The notes beneath the pieces were generated by a model. That model worked only from the letters and a program-made list of their open reading frames with translations, was not told the origin of the DNA and made no database searches. A stretch of 62,341 bases of DNA, the filler included, from Circinaria calcarea (lineage: Eukaryota), in assembly GCA_051942165.1 (NCBI GenBank). It is 12 parts of 12 records of this genome, joined end to end, with 100 filler letters (N's around TTAATTAATTAA, not from the genome) between each part and the next. Parts side by side here need not be neighbours in the genome. Positions count along the whole stretch, not along the records: positions 57,249 to 62,341 come from JAVECS010002049.1; 11 more parts are not named here. One strand, written 5' to 3'. A program made the position numbers and the translations under genes. This document shows positions 61,851 to 62,341 of the stretch, piece by piece (position 1 is the first letter of the stretch; each line of letters opens with the position of its first letter).

Positions 61851-62341
61851 ATGGCTAATCTGCACAGAATCGTGGTCGGGCTGGATTTTGGCACAACCTA
61901 CTCGGCTGCGGCCTGGGCGGAAACCTCCAATCCGACGCAGATTGAAATCATCAAGAATTGGCCAACGTCCGGACAGCTCGTCGGCGCCCAAGCTCCCACT
62001 GAGATTGCCTATCCAGAAGGCGATACGGGCAATTTCTCATGGGGTTATGACATCAGCCCGAGGGCTCGCAAGGTACGCCGGAAGATTGCCGCGCAAAACA
62101 GACATGTATTGATCGATTGCAATCGCAGGTCAAATGGTTCAAACTCGGGTTGGAGACGGACAATGAGGTCCTCACTCTCCCTGCCGGCTTGACAGCAGCG
62201 GATGTGGTGCGGGACTACCTCTCGGCCATCTACAAACATGTCATGATGACCCTTTACCGACGCTTCGATCGAGGGGTAATGCAAATGACCAAGGTCGACT
62301 TTGTCCTCACCGTCCCTGCCATCTGGTCCGATGCGGCAAAA
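61851..62341 (+). CDS. Atypical Hsp70 (HSPA12-like actin-fold ATPase), 5' fragment
   Basis: IVVGLDFGTTYS phosphate-1 motif, IKNWP, PTEIAY, WGY, intron 62073-62128, VKWFKLGL, DYLSAIYKH, FVLTVPAIWSDAAK. Confidence 0.9.

Overview
Filamentous ascomycete (Pezizomycotina-type) nuclear DNA with spliceosomal introns. The window is not one locus. It is 12 contigs of about 5.1 kb, in non-increasing length order (5118, 5115, 5114, 5108, 5108, 5105, 5098, 5096, 5096, 5095, 5095, 5093 bp), joined by an artificial 100-bp spacer (44 N + TTAATTAATTAA + 44 N). Neighbourhood is therefore meaningful only within a contig. Housekeeping genes: IWS1/SPN1, a CTL-like transporter, a Rab, beta-carbonic anhydrase, acyl-CoA oxidase, a Yap-type bZIP, PLP2, SEC21, a Ran1-like kinase, UPF2, CENP-L/Fta1, Cdt2, PFA3, SCC4, an EHT1-like esterase, LOC1, ADI1, a BAH-PHD reader, an epimerase and a heme oxygenase-like gene. 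Accessory content: a KP4 killer-toxin-like gene with a 17-bp repeat in its leader, a decayed Ty1/copia element, a decayed coiled-coil gene with a Zn-cluster-like end, and a nucleotidyltransferase pseudogene. Two head-to-head pairs stand out as candidate systems: (i) a single-pass membrane protein with a GrpE-like C-terminus facing an atypical HSPA12-like Hsp70, and (ii) a helical NLR-N-terminus-like gene facing a large AAA+ ATPase. All identities come from motif recognition by eye; no searches were run.
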